Positions 27,570 to 39,137 of a stretch of DNA of 64,000 nucleotides are shown here, one piece after another. Each line of letters begins with the position of its first letter. The first letter of the stretch is position 1. The position numbers were made by a program, and so were the translations under genes. The DNA comes from Anaeromyxobacteraceae bacterium (GTDB lineage: Bacteria; Myxococcota; Myxococcia; Myxococcales; Anaeromyxobacteraceae). The notes beneath the pieces were generated by a model that was not told the DNA's origin, did not search any database, and saw only the letters and a program-made list of their open reading frames with translations. The DNA is taken from positions 2,176,001-2,240,000 of the forward strand of contig JASGHJ010000001.1 in the NCBI GenBank assembly GCA_047602405.1, given 5' to 3'.

Positions 27570-29573
27570 CTACCGCCCGCCCGCGAGGCGCGCCGCGGTC
27601 TCCGTGAGCCCGCGGGCCTCGTCGTCCCGGCCCTGCGCCCGGCAGACGTCGGCGAGGGCCGAGTATCCCTCGGCCACCCCGGGCGCGAGGGCGATCGCCT
27701 GGCGCAGCGCGCGCTCGGCCTCCTCGAGGCGACCTCTGCGCGCGAGCGCCCACCCCAGGTAGAAGTGGTGCTCCGCCGCGCCCGGCGCGATCGCCACCGC
27801 CCTCCCGTAGTGCGGGATCGCCTCGGCAGGCCGGCCCAGCCGCACGAGGCAGTGCCCGGCTGCGAGCTCCGCGGCCGAGAGGCGGGCGTCGAGCGCGAGC
27901 GCCCTCAGGTACCAGCCGAGGGCCTCCTCGAGGCGGCCGCCCTGCTCCGCGGCCCTGCCGAGTCCGAGGAGCGTGTCCGGATCGCCCTGCTCGAGCTCGA
28001 GGGCCCGCCGCAGGTGAGGTAGGGCCTCCCCGGCGCGCCCCAGCTCCACGAGGAGGAGCCCCATTCGCTTGTGGCCTTCGGCGTAGTCCGGGCCGAGTGC
28101 GATGGCCCGCTCGAAGTGGGCGATCGCGCGGTCGGGCGCCGCCGTCCCGAGCCCCACGCCGAGGTTGCTCTCCATGATCACGAGCTGATCGAGCCTGGGA
28201 TCCTCGAAGAGCCGTGCGTTGGCGGCCGCCCCCGCCACGAGCGCGAGCCCGCAGGCGAGGGCGGTGGCCCCGGGGTGGCGCCGGATCCGGCCGGGAGCGA
28301 GGCGCGGCAGGCCCGCCACCGCGAGCAGGATGAGCAGCGGCGCGAGCGGTAACCGGTACCGAGCCATGACGTAGAAGGCGACGACCGTCGCGGCGTACAC
28401 GCCGAGGAGCGCCGGCACGACCCAGGCGCGCCGCCAGAAGCCCCAGGACAGCACCAGCCCCGCGACCGCGGCGGGCACGAGCACCCCCAGGTGCAGCACC
28501 GCCATGAGGGCCGAGAGCAGCCGTGACCACTCCGCGTAGGCGGCCGGCATGTCGACGTCTCCGACCTCGACCGCGTTCACCAGGAGCGCGAGCTTCCTGC
28601 CGAGCAGCCGCAGCCATGCGCCCGGGGAGTCCCGGACGAACGCGAGCACCTGCCCCGTCCACCAGTGCGAGACCTCGCCCGCCGTGAGGGCCCTCCCGGC
28701 CCCCTCCTCGGCGATCCGCCGCGCGTCCGCCGCCTCGTACACGGCGTCGCCGTGGCCTGGCACGACGGGCTGGTACATGCCGCTCGCGTCCGGGTTGTTC
28801 CCGATGAAGAGGTTCGGGCCGAGCTGCGAGGTGGTGAGGGCGAGGTCGCCTCCCACGGCCGCGTTGCGGACGAGCACCGGGCCGAGCACGGCGAGGAGCC
28901 CCGCCGCGAAGAGCCCGAGCGCGCGGCCCGGGCGGCCGGGGGCCCGGCTCCGCACGAGGATCCAGCCTCCGAGGGGGAGCACCAGCGCGAGCGCGTTCTC
29001 GCGCGTGAGGCCGAGCAGGCCGAGGGCGACGCCCGCGAGGGCCCAGGCCCGGAGGGCGCGCGTCCGTCGCTCCCACGCGAGCGCCGCCAGGAGCGCCGAG
29101 ACGAGCGCGAGGTCGAGCGCGCTCTTCTGCAGGAGGAGGTCGTGGAAGATGGCGGAGGGCCACGCGGCGAGGAGGAGGCCCGCTGCGAGCCCCCGGCGCG
29201 GGCCGAGGAGGAGGGACGCGGCCCAGGCGAAGAGGCCGCAGCCGGCAGCGCCGAGCAGGAGCTGGACGACGCGCGGCGCGAGGAGGCCGGGACCGAACAG
29301 CTTCATGTTCACGGCGAGGAAGTAGGGGTACAGGGGAGCCTGGTAGAAGGTGCCCTCACCCAGCCACGCGCCGCCTGCGATCCGGGTGGCCCAGGCGTGG
29401 TAGCTGCGCGCGTCTCCGATCAGGACCCGGAGCGCGTCGGCGTCCCGGAGCTCCCACAGGTACGCGAACCGCAGCGCGAGGGCGACGACCACGACCGCCG
29501 CCACGGTGATCGCCCGCGATCGGGCGGTTCGCGCCGGGCAGGGGGCGGGGCGGTGATCGGCGGCGGTCTTCAC
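27570..29573 (-). CDS. GT-C (PMT/ArnT-like) membrane glycosyltransferase with C-terminal TPRs
   Basis: DA.SY, PLYPYFLA, many TMs, RYRLP, TPR repeats. Confidence 0.8.
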   Translation of the reverse strand: MKTAADHRPAPCPARTARSRAITVAAVVVVALALRFAYLWELRDADALRVLIGDARSYHAWATRIAGGAWLGEGTFYQAPLYPYFLAVNMKLFGPGLLAPRVVQLLLGAAGCGLFAWAASLLLGPRRGLAAGLLLAAWPSAIFHDLLLQKSALDLALVSALLAALAWERRTRALRAWALAGVALGLLGLTRENALALVLPLGGWILVRSRAPGRPGRALGLFAAGLLAVLGPVLVRNAAVGGDLALTTSQLGPNLFIGNNPDASGMYQPVVPGHGDAVYEAADARRIAEEGAGRALTAGEVSHWWTGQVLAFVRDSPGAWLRLLGRKLALLVNAVEVGDVDMPAAYAEWSRLLSALMAVLHLGVLVPAAVAGLVLSWGFWRRAWVVPALLGVYAATVVAFYVMARYRLPLAPLLILLAVAGLPRLAPGRIRRHPGATALACGLALVAGAAANARLFEDPRLDQLVIMESNLGVGLGTAAPDRAIAHFERAIALGPDYAEGHKRMGLLLVELGRAGEALPHLRRALELEQGDPDTLLGLGRAAEQGGRLEEALGWYLRALALDARLSAAELAAGHCLVRLGRPAEAIPHYGRAVAIAPGAAEHHFYLGWALARRGRLEEAERALRQAIALAPGVAEGYSALADVCRAQGRDDEARGLTETAARLAGGR

Positions 29574-29665
29574 GGGGGCCGGACTCTAGTCCCCGGAGAG
29601 GTCGGAGGTCACGCCCGTCCAGCCGGGAGGAACGGCCTTCGGTCACGCGTAAGTCCCCGCCAGCC

Positions 29666-29694
29666 TTGACAGAGGCGGGCAGACCGTCTAAACC
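29666..29694 (+). promoter_or_regulatory. sigma70 promoter of the rpsU operon
   Basis: TTGACA-N17-TAAACC. Confidence 0.55.
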
Positions 29695-29796
29695 GCCCCG
29701 GAGCCGCGCGTGAGAGCCGGACGCCCAACGGGGGAGTCCGGCTCGTTTGCGTTTCGGCGAACGACCATAAACCCGCGAATTAGCGAGGGGATCGGC

Positions 29797-29991
29797 ATGA
29801 CCGGAGTCCGCGTCAAGGAAGGCGAGTCCTTCGAGAACGCCATGAAGCGCTTCAAGAAGCAGTGCGAGAAGGCCGGCATCCTCTCGGAGATCCGCAAGCG
29901 CGAGCACTACGAGAAGCCGTCCGTGAAGCGCAAGAAGAAGGCGCTCGCCGCGAAGAAGCGGGCGATGAAGAAGAGCCGCAAGAGCTTCTAG
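29797..29991 (+). CDS. rpsU: 30S ribosomal protein S21
   Basis: [26 protein letters not shown]. Confidence 0.97.
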   Translation: MTGVRVKEGESFENAMKRFKKQCEKAGILSEIRKREHYEKPSVKRKKKALAAKKRAMKKSRKSF

Positions 29992-30038
29992 CCGGTCCGC
30001 AGCACGCCGCGAGAGGCAGCACGGGAGAGGCACGCGCC

Positions 30039-30488
30039 ATGGCGCTCAAGGACCAGCTCGACGCGGATCTCAAGGCCGCGATGCGCGAGAAGGCGCAGCT
30101 GAGGCTGGACACCGTCCGGATGCTGAAGAGCGCGATCAAGTACCGCGAGATCGAGCTCATGAAGCCGCTCGACGACGCGGGCGTCCTCGGCGTCGTCTCC
30201 TCCGAGATCAAGCGGCGCAAGGACTCGATCGAGCAGTACCGCGCCGGCAACCGCGCGGACCTCGTGGAGAAGGAGGAGGCGGAGCTCGCCATCCTCCAGG
30301 GCTACCTGCCCGCGCAGCTCTCCGAGGCCGAGGTGAAGGCCAAGATCGAGGACGTCGTGAAGCGCGTGGGCGCCCAGGGTCCGAGGGACATGGGCAAGGT
30401 GATGAAGGAGCTCCAGCCCGAGATCCAGGGTCGGGCGGACGGAAAGACCGTCTCGGAGCTCGTCAAGGCGAGGCTGGCCGGGAAGTAA
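30039..30488 (+). CDS. GatB/YqeY domain protein
   Basis: LKAAMR..RMLKSAIK, RRKDSIEQY..R.DL, MGKVM, GRADGK. Confidence 0.93.
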   Translation: MALKDQLDADLKAAMREKAQLRLDTVRMLKSAIKYREIELMKPLDDAGVLGVVSSEIKRRKDSIEQYRAGNRADLVEKEEAELAILQGYLPAQLSEAEVKAKIEDVVKRVGAQGPRDMGKVMKELQPEIQGRADGKTVSELVKARLAGK

Positions 30489-32438
30489 GTGATCCCCGAG
30501 GCGGTCATCGAGCAGATCCGCGACCGCGTCGACGTGGTGGCGGTGATCGGCCGCCACATGGATCTGAAGCGGTCCGGCCGCACGTGGAAGGGCAACTGCC
30601 CGTTCCACGGCGAGCGCACGCCGAGCTTCCACGTCTACCCGGAGGACAAGCACTACAAGTGCTACGGGTGCGGGGCGTACGGCAACGTGTTCACCTTCCT
30701 CCAGCAGCTCCAGGGCAAGGACTTCCCGGCCGTGGTGCGCGAGCTCGCCGCCGAGTGCGGGATCGAGATCCCGGAGGGCTCGGAGGAGGAGTCGGCCGAG
30801 GTCCGCCGCCGGCGCAAGGAGCGCAACGAGCTCCTCGCCGCGAACGACGCCGCGGCCCGCTACTGGGCGGCCCGGCTCGCCTCGACGCACGGGGCGGACG
30901 CGCGCGGCTACCTCGAGCGGCGCGGTGTCGGCGAGGAGTCGGTGAGGAAGTTCCGGCTCGGGATCGCCGCGGACGCGTGGGAGGACATCGCGCCCCGCCT
31001 CGCGAGGAAGGGCATCGGCGAGGAGGCCGTGAAGAACGCCGGCCTGCTCGTGCCCCGCCAGAACAAGCCCGGCCACTACGACCGCTTCCGCGGCCGGCTC
31101 ATGTTCCCGATCGCCGCGATGGACGGCCAGGTGATCGGCTTCGGCGGCCGCGCGATGGGCGACGAGCAGGGGGCGAAGTACCTCAACACCCCCGAGACCG
31201 CCCTCTACAAGAAGTCGAAGGTCCTCTACGGCCTCGACCTCGCCCGCGAGACCATCCGCAAGACCCGGCAGGCCGTGCTCGTCGAGGGCTACTTCGACGT
31301 GATCGGGCTGCACCAGGTCGGCGTGACGAACGCGGTCGCGGTGTGCGGCACCGCGCTCACGCCCGAGCACGTCGAGCTCCTCGCCCGGCTCGACTGCCGG
31401 GAGATCACCGTGCTCTTCGACGGCGACTCGGCCGGCCTCGCCGCGCCGGGCAAGGCCGCGGCCGCGCTCCTGCCCGCGGGCATGAACGGGCGGGTGGCGA
31501 TGCTGCCCGCCGACGGCGGGAAGACCGACCCCGACGACTACGCCCGCGCGAACGGCCGGGCCGGCGTCGAGGCGCTCCTCAAGGCGGCGACCCCGCTCTC
31601 CCAGTTCCTCGTCGACCGGGCGGTCGAGAAGGCGTGCGGCGACCGGCCGGCCGAGGCGTCGCTCGAGGCGAAGGTCCTCGCCGTCCGGGAGCTCGCGCCG
31701 TACGTGCGGATGACTCCGGAGGGGCTCGCGCGTTCCGTCTTCGAGGACACCATCGCGAAGAAGCTCGATCTCGACGTGCAGGCGCTCCGCGCCGAGCTGG
31801 CCGGCCCCGCCGACCGGCCCCGGTCCGGGCCCGCCCGGGCGGAGCCGCCGTCCGGCGCGCCCGGTCCGGGCCCCGGTCCGGCCGCACCTTCGCGCCCGCG
31901 CGAGGGGGGTCGCCCGTGGGAGGGGAAGCCCTGGGAAGGTCGGTCCCGTCAGGGTCCCCCCGCTCCGGGGTCGAATGTCCGGGCCCGCGCGATCCTGCCC
32001 GGGCCCGCGGCGGACGCGCTGGCGCTCCTCGCGGCGTTCCCGGAGACGGTCGGCGGCGCGGCCGGGGAGGAGAACCTGCCCGGGCTGCTCCCGGCGGGGC
32101 CGCTGTCCGACCTCGCCCGCGATCTGATGAAAGGTCCGATCCCGCTCGACGAGGTGCTGGATCGGGTGGCGAAGGGAGCGGACGAGGCTACGCTCCGTAG
32201 GGTGAGGGGGCTCACCGGGCCGGGACGGCCCGAGGCGTCCCTGGCGGACCGGGAGTTCAGGAAGGCCGCCCTGAAGGCGCACGTGGCGGCGGTGGAGCGG
32301 GAGTACGAGAACCTCCTCGCCCTCGTCGCAAAGGCCGGGTCGCCCATCCCGGAGGATCTGGCCGTCTCGGCGCAGATCGCCGCGCGGAAGAAGTCGGACC
32401 TGGAGAAGCGCCTGAGGGCGCTGGAGCGGACGGGATGA
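30489..32438 (+). CDS. dnaG: DNA primase
   Basis: CPFH..TPSF..CYGC zinc finger, [24 protein letters not shown]. Confidence 0.97.
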   Translation: MIPEAVIEQIRDRVDVVAVIGRHMDLKRSGRTWKGNCPFHGERTPSFHVYPEDKHYKCYGCGAYGNVFTFLQQLQGKDFPAVVRELAAECGIEIPEGSEEESAEVRRRRKERNELLAANDAAARYWAARLASTHGADARGYLERRGVGEESVRKFRLGIAADAWEDIAPRLARKGIGEEAVKNAGLLVPRQNKPGHYDRFRGRLMFPIAAMDGQVIGFGGRAMGDEQGAKYLNTPETALYKKSKVLYGLDLARETIRKTRQAVLVEGYFDVIGLHQVGVTNAVAVCGTALTPEHVELLARLDCREITVLFDGDSAGLAAPGKAAAALLPAGMNGRVAMLPADGGKTDPDDYARANGRAGVEALLKAATPLSQFLVDRAVEKACGDRPAEASLEAKVLAVRELAPYVRMTPEGLARSVFEDTIAKKLDLDVQALRAELAGPADRPRSGPARAEPPSGAPGPGPGPAAPSRPREGGRPWEGKPWEGRSRQGPPAPGSNVRARAILPGPAADALALLAAFPETVGGAAGEENLPGLLPAGPLSDLARDLMKGPIPLDEVLDRVAKGADEATLRRVRGLTGPGRPEASLADREFRKAALKAHVAAVEREYENLLALVAKAGSPIPEDLAVSAQIAARKKSDLEKRLRALERTG

Positions 32439-32545
32439 ACGGCCGCCTCCGAGGGATTTTCGAAACGTTGGCCGGGCTCGCCCGGCCGAAGCCGGTTAAG
32501 GATGGGCCCCAGGGACCCGTCGAGCCGACGAAGGAAGAGGAGCGC

Positions 32546-34927
<2,382 letters not shown>

Positions 34928-34935
34928 GAGTACGG

Positions 34936-34970
34936 GGCGGGGGTGCAGGGCGCACCCCCGTCTTTCGTTT
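34936..34970 (+). terminator. Intrinsic terminator-like hairpin after rpoD (resembles half of the repeat family)
   Basis: GGCGGGGGTGC / GCACCCCCGTC stem followed by TTTCGTTT. Confidence 0.55.
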
Positions 34971-35004
34971 CATGGTAAAGGAGCGCCACCAGATGCCGAC
35001 CCCC

Positions 35005-35077
35005 GGGCCCATAGCTCAACGGTCAGAGCGGTCGGCTCATAACCGATTCGATCCAGGTTCGAATCCTGGTGGGCCCA
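35005..35077 (+). tRNA. tRNA with CAT anticodon, probably tRNA-Ile2 (lysidine); CCA not encoded
   Basis: GGGCCCA/TGGGCCC acceptor stem, GTCGG-CTCATAA-CCGAT anticodon arm, GTTCGAATC T-loop; no GGG/CCC initiator anticodon stem; ileX-like position after rpoD. Confidence 0.92.
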
Positions 35078-35081
35078 CTGT

Positions 35082-35151
35082 GTTTCCGGGAGCGCTCGGC
35101 GCGCCCCCGCCCCGCGGAGCGGAGCTCCTCGGGGCCCCACCCCTGGCAGCA
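35082..35151 (-). repeat. Double-hairpin REP/RPE-like element just 3' of the tRNA
   Basis: Reverse complement TGCTGCCAGGGGTGGGGCCCCGA-hairpin-GGGGCGGGGGCGCGCCGAGCGCTCCCGGAAAC, close to the rsmA copy. Confidence 0.8.
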
Positions 35152-35188
35152 GGCCAGGGTGGATTCCCAGGAAGCGAGGAGTCGTACC

Positions 35189-35929
35189 TTGTCGCTGCGT
35201 GAGAAGCTGAAGGCGCTGGAGGAGCTGCAGCAGATCGACCTCGAGCTCGGCGAGGTCCGCGGCCGTCTCGGGACCGTCCCGGCCAGGAAGTCCAAGGTCG
35301 ACGACGGGCTCGCCGCCGCCAGGAAGGGCTACGACGACGAGCGCGCGAAGCTCGACTCGAACGAGCGCGAGCGCCGCCAGATCGAGTCGCTGCTCGGGAT
35401 GGAGCGCGACAAGGTGAAGAAGTGGGAGGGGCGCCTCGGCGAGATCCGCACCCCCCGCGAGTACGCCGCGCTCTCCCGCGAGATCGACATCGCGAAGAAG
35501 TCGAACGACACGCAGAGCGAGCAGGTGAAGACGCTCGCCGCCGCCGCGGTGGAGCTCGCGAAGATGCTCGAGGAGAAGGCCGGCGCCCTCTCGGAGGCCG
35601 AGATGGCCGCCCAGGGCGAGCTCGCCGAGCTCGACAAGGCCCGCGCCGCCGACGAGGAGAAGATCGCCGCCCTCGAGGCGCGCCGCGCCGAGGCCGCGAA
35701 GCTCGTCGACCCGGGCCTGCTCGCGAAGTACGAGAACATCAAGAAGCGCCGCGCGGGCATCGCCGTCGCCACCGTCGTCGGCATGACGTGCAAGGGCTGC
35801 CACCGCAACATCCCGCCCCAGCTCGCCATCTCGCTGCAGCGGGCGAACTCGGTGGAGACCTGCCCGAACTGCAACCGCATCATCTACTCGGCCGAGGCGC
35901 TCAACCCGCCCGCCGCGTCCCCGGCGTAG
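35189..35929 (+). CDS. Coiled-coil + C4 zinc-ribbon protein (DUF164/zf-RING_7-like)
   Basis: LQQIDL, REYAAL.REI, CKGCH..CPNCNRI. Confidence 0.9.
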   Translation: MSLREKLKALEELQQIDLELGEVRGRLGTVPARKSKVDDGLAAARKGYDDERAKLDSNERERRQIESLLGMERDKVKKWEGRLGEIRTPREYAALSREIDIAKKSNDTQSEQVKTLAAAAVELAKMLEEKAGALSEAEMAAQGELAELDKARAADEEKIAALEARRAEAAKLVDPGLLAKYENIKKRRAGIAVATVVGMTCKGCHRNIPPQLAISLQRANSVETCPNCNRIIYSAEALNPPAASPA

Positions 35930-35931
35930 CC

Positions 35932-36690
35932 GTGGCGAACGTCCTCGCCGAGCTCCTGCGCTTCATCGCCGCGAACGAGGACCTGCCCCGCGCGCTGAAG
36001 CGGTACCCGGGGTACGACCGCGACAAGCTCGCGAAGCTCATCGACGCCGCCGCCGACCGGGTGGAGGAGCTCGAGGCCTCGAAGGCCCCCGCCGCGGGCG
36101 CGGGCTCGAAGGGCATCAAGGTCCGCAAGCAGACCGACGTCGAGAAGGCGGCCGCCCGCTCGGCCGCCGAGATCGACGAGGCCATGGAGTACTCCAAGGC
36201 CGAGCGCGAGCAGCGGAAGAAGGAGCGGCTCCGCGAGGAGGCGAAGGAGCGCGAGGAGGCCGCCGCCGCCGAGGTCGCCGAGCGCGCGAAGCGCACCCGC
36301 CTCTTCACCGACGGGGCCGCGCGCGGCAACCCCGGCCCCGCGGGCGCCGGCGCGGTCATCATCAACGCCGACGGCCACATCGTCGCCAAGGTGGGCAAGT
36401 TCCTCGGCGAGTCGACGAACAACGTCGCCGAGTACATGGGGCTCATCCTGGGCCTCAAGCGCGCGAAGGCGATGGGCATCAAGGAGATCGAGGTCTGCTC
36501 CGACTCCGAGCTCCTCGTGAAGCAGCTCGCCGGCGACTACGCGGTGAAGGCGGACCACCTGAAGCCGCTGCACGAGGAGGCCTCGGGCCTGCTCAAGGGC
36601 TTCGCGTGGGTGGAGGTGCGCCACATCCCGCGCGAGGAGAACGACGCCGCGGACGCGATGTCGAATCGAGCGATCGACGAGCGGCTCTAG
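35932..36690 (+). CDS. Ribonuclease HI family protein with N-terminal extension
   Basis: TDGAARGNPGPAG, TNNVAEY, DSELLV.Q, HIPREEN..AD. Confidence 0.92.
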   Translation: MANVLAELLRFIAANEDLPRALKRYPGYDRDKLAKLIDAAADRVEELEASKAPAAGAGSKGIKVRKQTDVEKAAARSAAEIDEAMEYSKAEREQRKKERLREEAKEREEAAAAEVAERAKRTRLFTDGAARGNPGPAGAGAVIINADGHIVAKVGKFLGESTNNVAEYMGLILGLKRAKAMGIKEIEVCSDSELLVKQLAGDYAVKADHLKPLHEEASGLLKGFAWVEVRHIPREENDAADAMSNRAIDERL

Positions 36691-36811
36691 CGGCCTACGC
36701 TCGGGATGGGTCGGTCGTGCGGTCCCGAGGACCCACCCCGAGGAGCGGGTCGCGGCGACCGTCACTTCCTCCGGGGCTGACGCTCCGTCCCCCGTCTGGT
36801 AGGCCTTTCAG

Positions 36812-38476
36812 GTGCTCGATGCGCTCCCGCGCCCGGAGGCCCCGTCCTCCGGCATCGCCGGCTCGATCGCGGCGCGCACGCGGCGCGCGAACCTCGTCAC
36901 GCTCGGGCGCGCCACCGGCATCGCCGCCCTCGTCTACGCCCCCGTCACCTTCCTCATCGGCGACCGGGTCGGCGCGGTGGCCACGCTCTTCGCGGCCGCC
37001 ATGCTGTTCTCGGTGGCCTTCGCCGCGGCGCGCGAACGGGAGCGGCTCGCCGAGGCGCTGCTCATGGTGGGCACCTTCGCGGGCGTCGTGGCCGACGTCG
37101 CGCTCGGCGGGGCGTACGGCACCGGCGTGTTCTTCGTGCTCACGCCGGTGCTCATCGGCGCGGCCACCCTCCACCCCCGGGCGGTCATCGCGACGGCGGT
37201 CGTCGCGGCGCTGACCGTCGGCTTCCTCTCGTTCATGGGCCCGCCCCGGGTCGAGCTCGAGCGCCTCGACGTCCTCACCTCGGCGCTCGCGCTGCTCGTC
37301 ATCGCGGCGGGGGTCGCGCTCGTGCAGTCGCACGGCTGGGTGCGGACCCTCGAGACCCTGAACCTGCGCGACGAGGGCATGCGCACCGCCGACGCGCGCT
37401 ACCGGCTGGTGGCCGAGGGCACGAGCGATCTCATCGCGCTCCTCGACCCGGGCAGCCTCGAGGTGCTCTACGCGAGCCCCTCGCACGAGCGCACCCTGGG
37501 GCTGCCGCCCGGCTCGCCGGGGCGCGAGGCCGCGCGGGAGGTCGTGCACCCCGACGACCGCGCCACGCTCGCGGGGCTCGTGGGGCGCGCCGCCGCGCAG
37601 GGCGCCTCCCGCGGCATCGTCCGCCTCCGGCACGCCGAGGGCCGCGACCTCACCTTCGAGATGGCGCTCGACGCGATCGAGCACGACGGCAAGCGCGCGG
37701 TCGCCCTCGTCGCCCGCGACGTCACCGCCCAGCGGGCGCTCCAGGACCAGCTCGCCCAGGCGCAGAAGATGGAGATCGTCGGCCGGATGGCGGGCGGCAT
37801 CGCGCACGACTTCAACAACCTCCTCACGGTCGCGCGCAGCACCGCCGAGTTCGCCCGCAGCGGGCTCGCCCCGGACCACCCTTCGCGCCGCGAGCTCGAC
37901 GACCTCATCGACGCCACCGTCCGCGGCGCCGGCCTCACCCGCCAGCTCCTCCAGCTCGCGCGCAAGGAGCCGGTGGACCGGCTCGCCCGCTGCAAGGTCG
38001 AGAAGGTGCTCTCCGACCTGCAGCGGCTCCTGCCGCGTCTCCTCGGCCAGAAGATCTCGTACGAGGCGCACACCGAGCTCGGGCTCGGCGAGGTGGTGGG
38101 GCAGGCGGTGCAGGTCGAGCAGGTGGTGCTCAACCTCGCCCTCAACGCCCGCGACGCGATGCCGACGGGCGGCAAGCTCGTGGTGCGCGCCTTCCGCATC
38201 CCGGCCGACGACCGCGGCGTGCCCTCCCGTGTCGCCATCGAGGTGCGCGACACCGGCACCGGCATGCCGCCGGAGGTGGTCTCGCGCCTGTTCGAGCCGT
38301 TCTTCACCACGAAGCCGCCGGGCGTGGGGAACGGCCTCGGCCTCGCGACCTCGCGCAGCATCGTGGAGGGGCTGGGCGGGGAGCTCAGGGTCTGGACCGA
38401 GCCCGGGCGCGGCACCGCGTTCACGCTCGAGCTGCCCGAGGCGGGCGGGCGGCCGCCGGAGCCGCCGGCGACCTAG
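36812..38476 (+). CDS. Membrane PAS sensor histidine kinase
   Basis: TMs, VHPDD PAS, GIAHDFNN H-box, NARDA, FEPFFTTK, GLGL. Confidence 0.92.
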   Translation: MLDALPRPEAPSSGIAGSIAARTRRANLVTLGRATGIAALVYAPVTFLIGDRVGAVATLFAAAMLFSVAFAAARERERLAEALLMVGTFAGVVADVALGGAYGTGVFFVLTPVLIGAATLHPRAVIATAVVAALTVGFLSFMGPPRVELERLDVLTSALALLVIAAGVALVQSHGWVRTLETLNLRDEGMRTADARYRLVAEGTSDLIALLDPGSLEVLYASPSHERTLGLPPGSPGREAAREVVHPDDRATLAGLVGRAAAQGASRGIVRLRHAEGRDLTFEMALDAIEHDGKRAVALVARDVTAQRALQDQLAQAQKMEIVGRMAGGIAHDFNNLLTVARSTAEFARSGLAPDHPSRRELDDLIDATVRGAGLTRQLLQLARKEPVDRLARCKVEKVLSDLQRLLPRLLGQKISYEAHTELGLGEVVGQAVQVEQVVLNLALNARDAMPTGGKLVVRAFRIPADDRGVPSRVAIEVRDTGTGMPPEVVSRLFEPFFTTKPPGVGNGLGLATSRSIVEGLGGELRVWTEPGRGTAFTLELPEAGGRPPEPPAT

Positions 38477-38511
38477 ACGCTTGCGTCGAGGGGCGGGCAC
38501 CCCTCCGGCGA

Positions 38512-39057
38512 CTACAGCGCCGTCTCGTGCTTCGCGGCGTCGCGGATCTCGGCGAGGCGCTGCGCCTTCAGCTTCTTCATCCGGCGCTTGATGAGCTCGC
38601 GCTTCAGGCTCGAGAGGTGGTCGACGAACATCGTGCCGTCGAGGTGGTCGGTCTCGTGCTGCACGGCGATCGCGAGGAGGCCGTCGCAGTCGAGCTCGAA
38701 CGGCTTGCCGTGGTAGTCGAGCGCGCGCACGCGCACCTTCGCGGCCCGCTCGACCTCCTCGGCCTCGCCCGGGATGGAGAGGCAGCCCTCCGTCCACGTG
38801 GCGACGCCCTCCTTCGCGACGATCTCGGGGTTCACGAGGTGGATGAGCCGCTGGCCCTCCTGCCGCGGGGAGGTGTCGATGACGACGATGCGCTTCAGCT
38901 CCGCGATCTGCGGGGCGGCGAGGCCCACGCCGTCGGCGGCGTACATGGTCTCGGCCATGTCGTCGAGCAGGCGGCGGACGGCGTCGTCGACCACGTCGAC
39001 GGGCTTCGCCTTCTGCGTGAGGATGGGATCGGGCCAGACGACGATTTCGCGGACCAT
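38512..39057 (-). CDS. def: Peptide deformylase
   Basis: GVGLAAPQ, EGCLS, QHETDHL. Confidence 0.97.
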   Translation of the reverse strand: MVREIVVWPDPILTQKAKPVDVVDDAVRRLLDDMAETMYAADGVGLAAPQIAELKRIVVIDTSPRQEGQRLIHLVNPEIVAKEGVATWTEGCLSIPGEAEEVERAAKVRVRALDYHGKPFELDCDGLLAIAVQHETDHLDGTMFVDHLSSLKRELIKRRMKKLKAQRLAEIRDAAKHETAL

Positions 39058-39137
39058 GGCGCTAGCGGACTCCTCCGGTCCTCTATGTAACCGAAACGGG
39101 CCGGGCGCGCACGCCCCCGTCCGGAGGCGGCGCGGGA

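Noticed and set aside
31800..31990. Pro/Gly-rich segment in dnaG as another repeat insertion
   Set aside because: Lacks the family's conserved ends; consistent with a variable interdomain linker
35005..35151. tRNA as the integration site of a genomic island
   Set aside because: No integrase nearby, no duplicated tRNA 3' end noticed, and the flanking genes are housekeeping
36691..36811. RNase P RNA after the zinc-ribbon/RNase H genes
   Set aside because: Too short and lacks the GAGGAAAGTCC signature; only a hairpin and a possible repeat fragment are present
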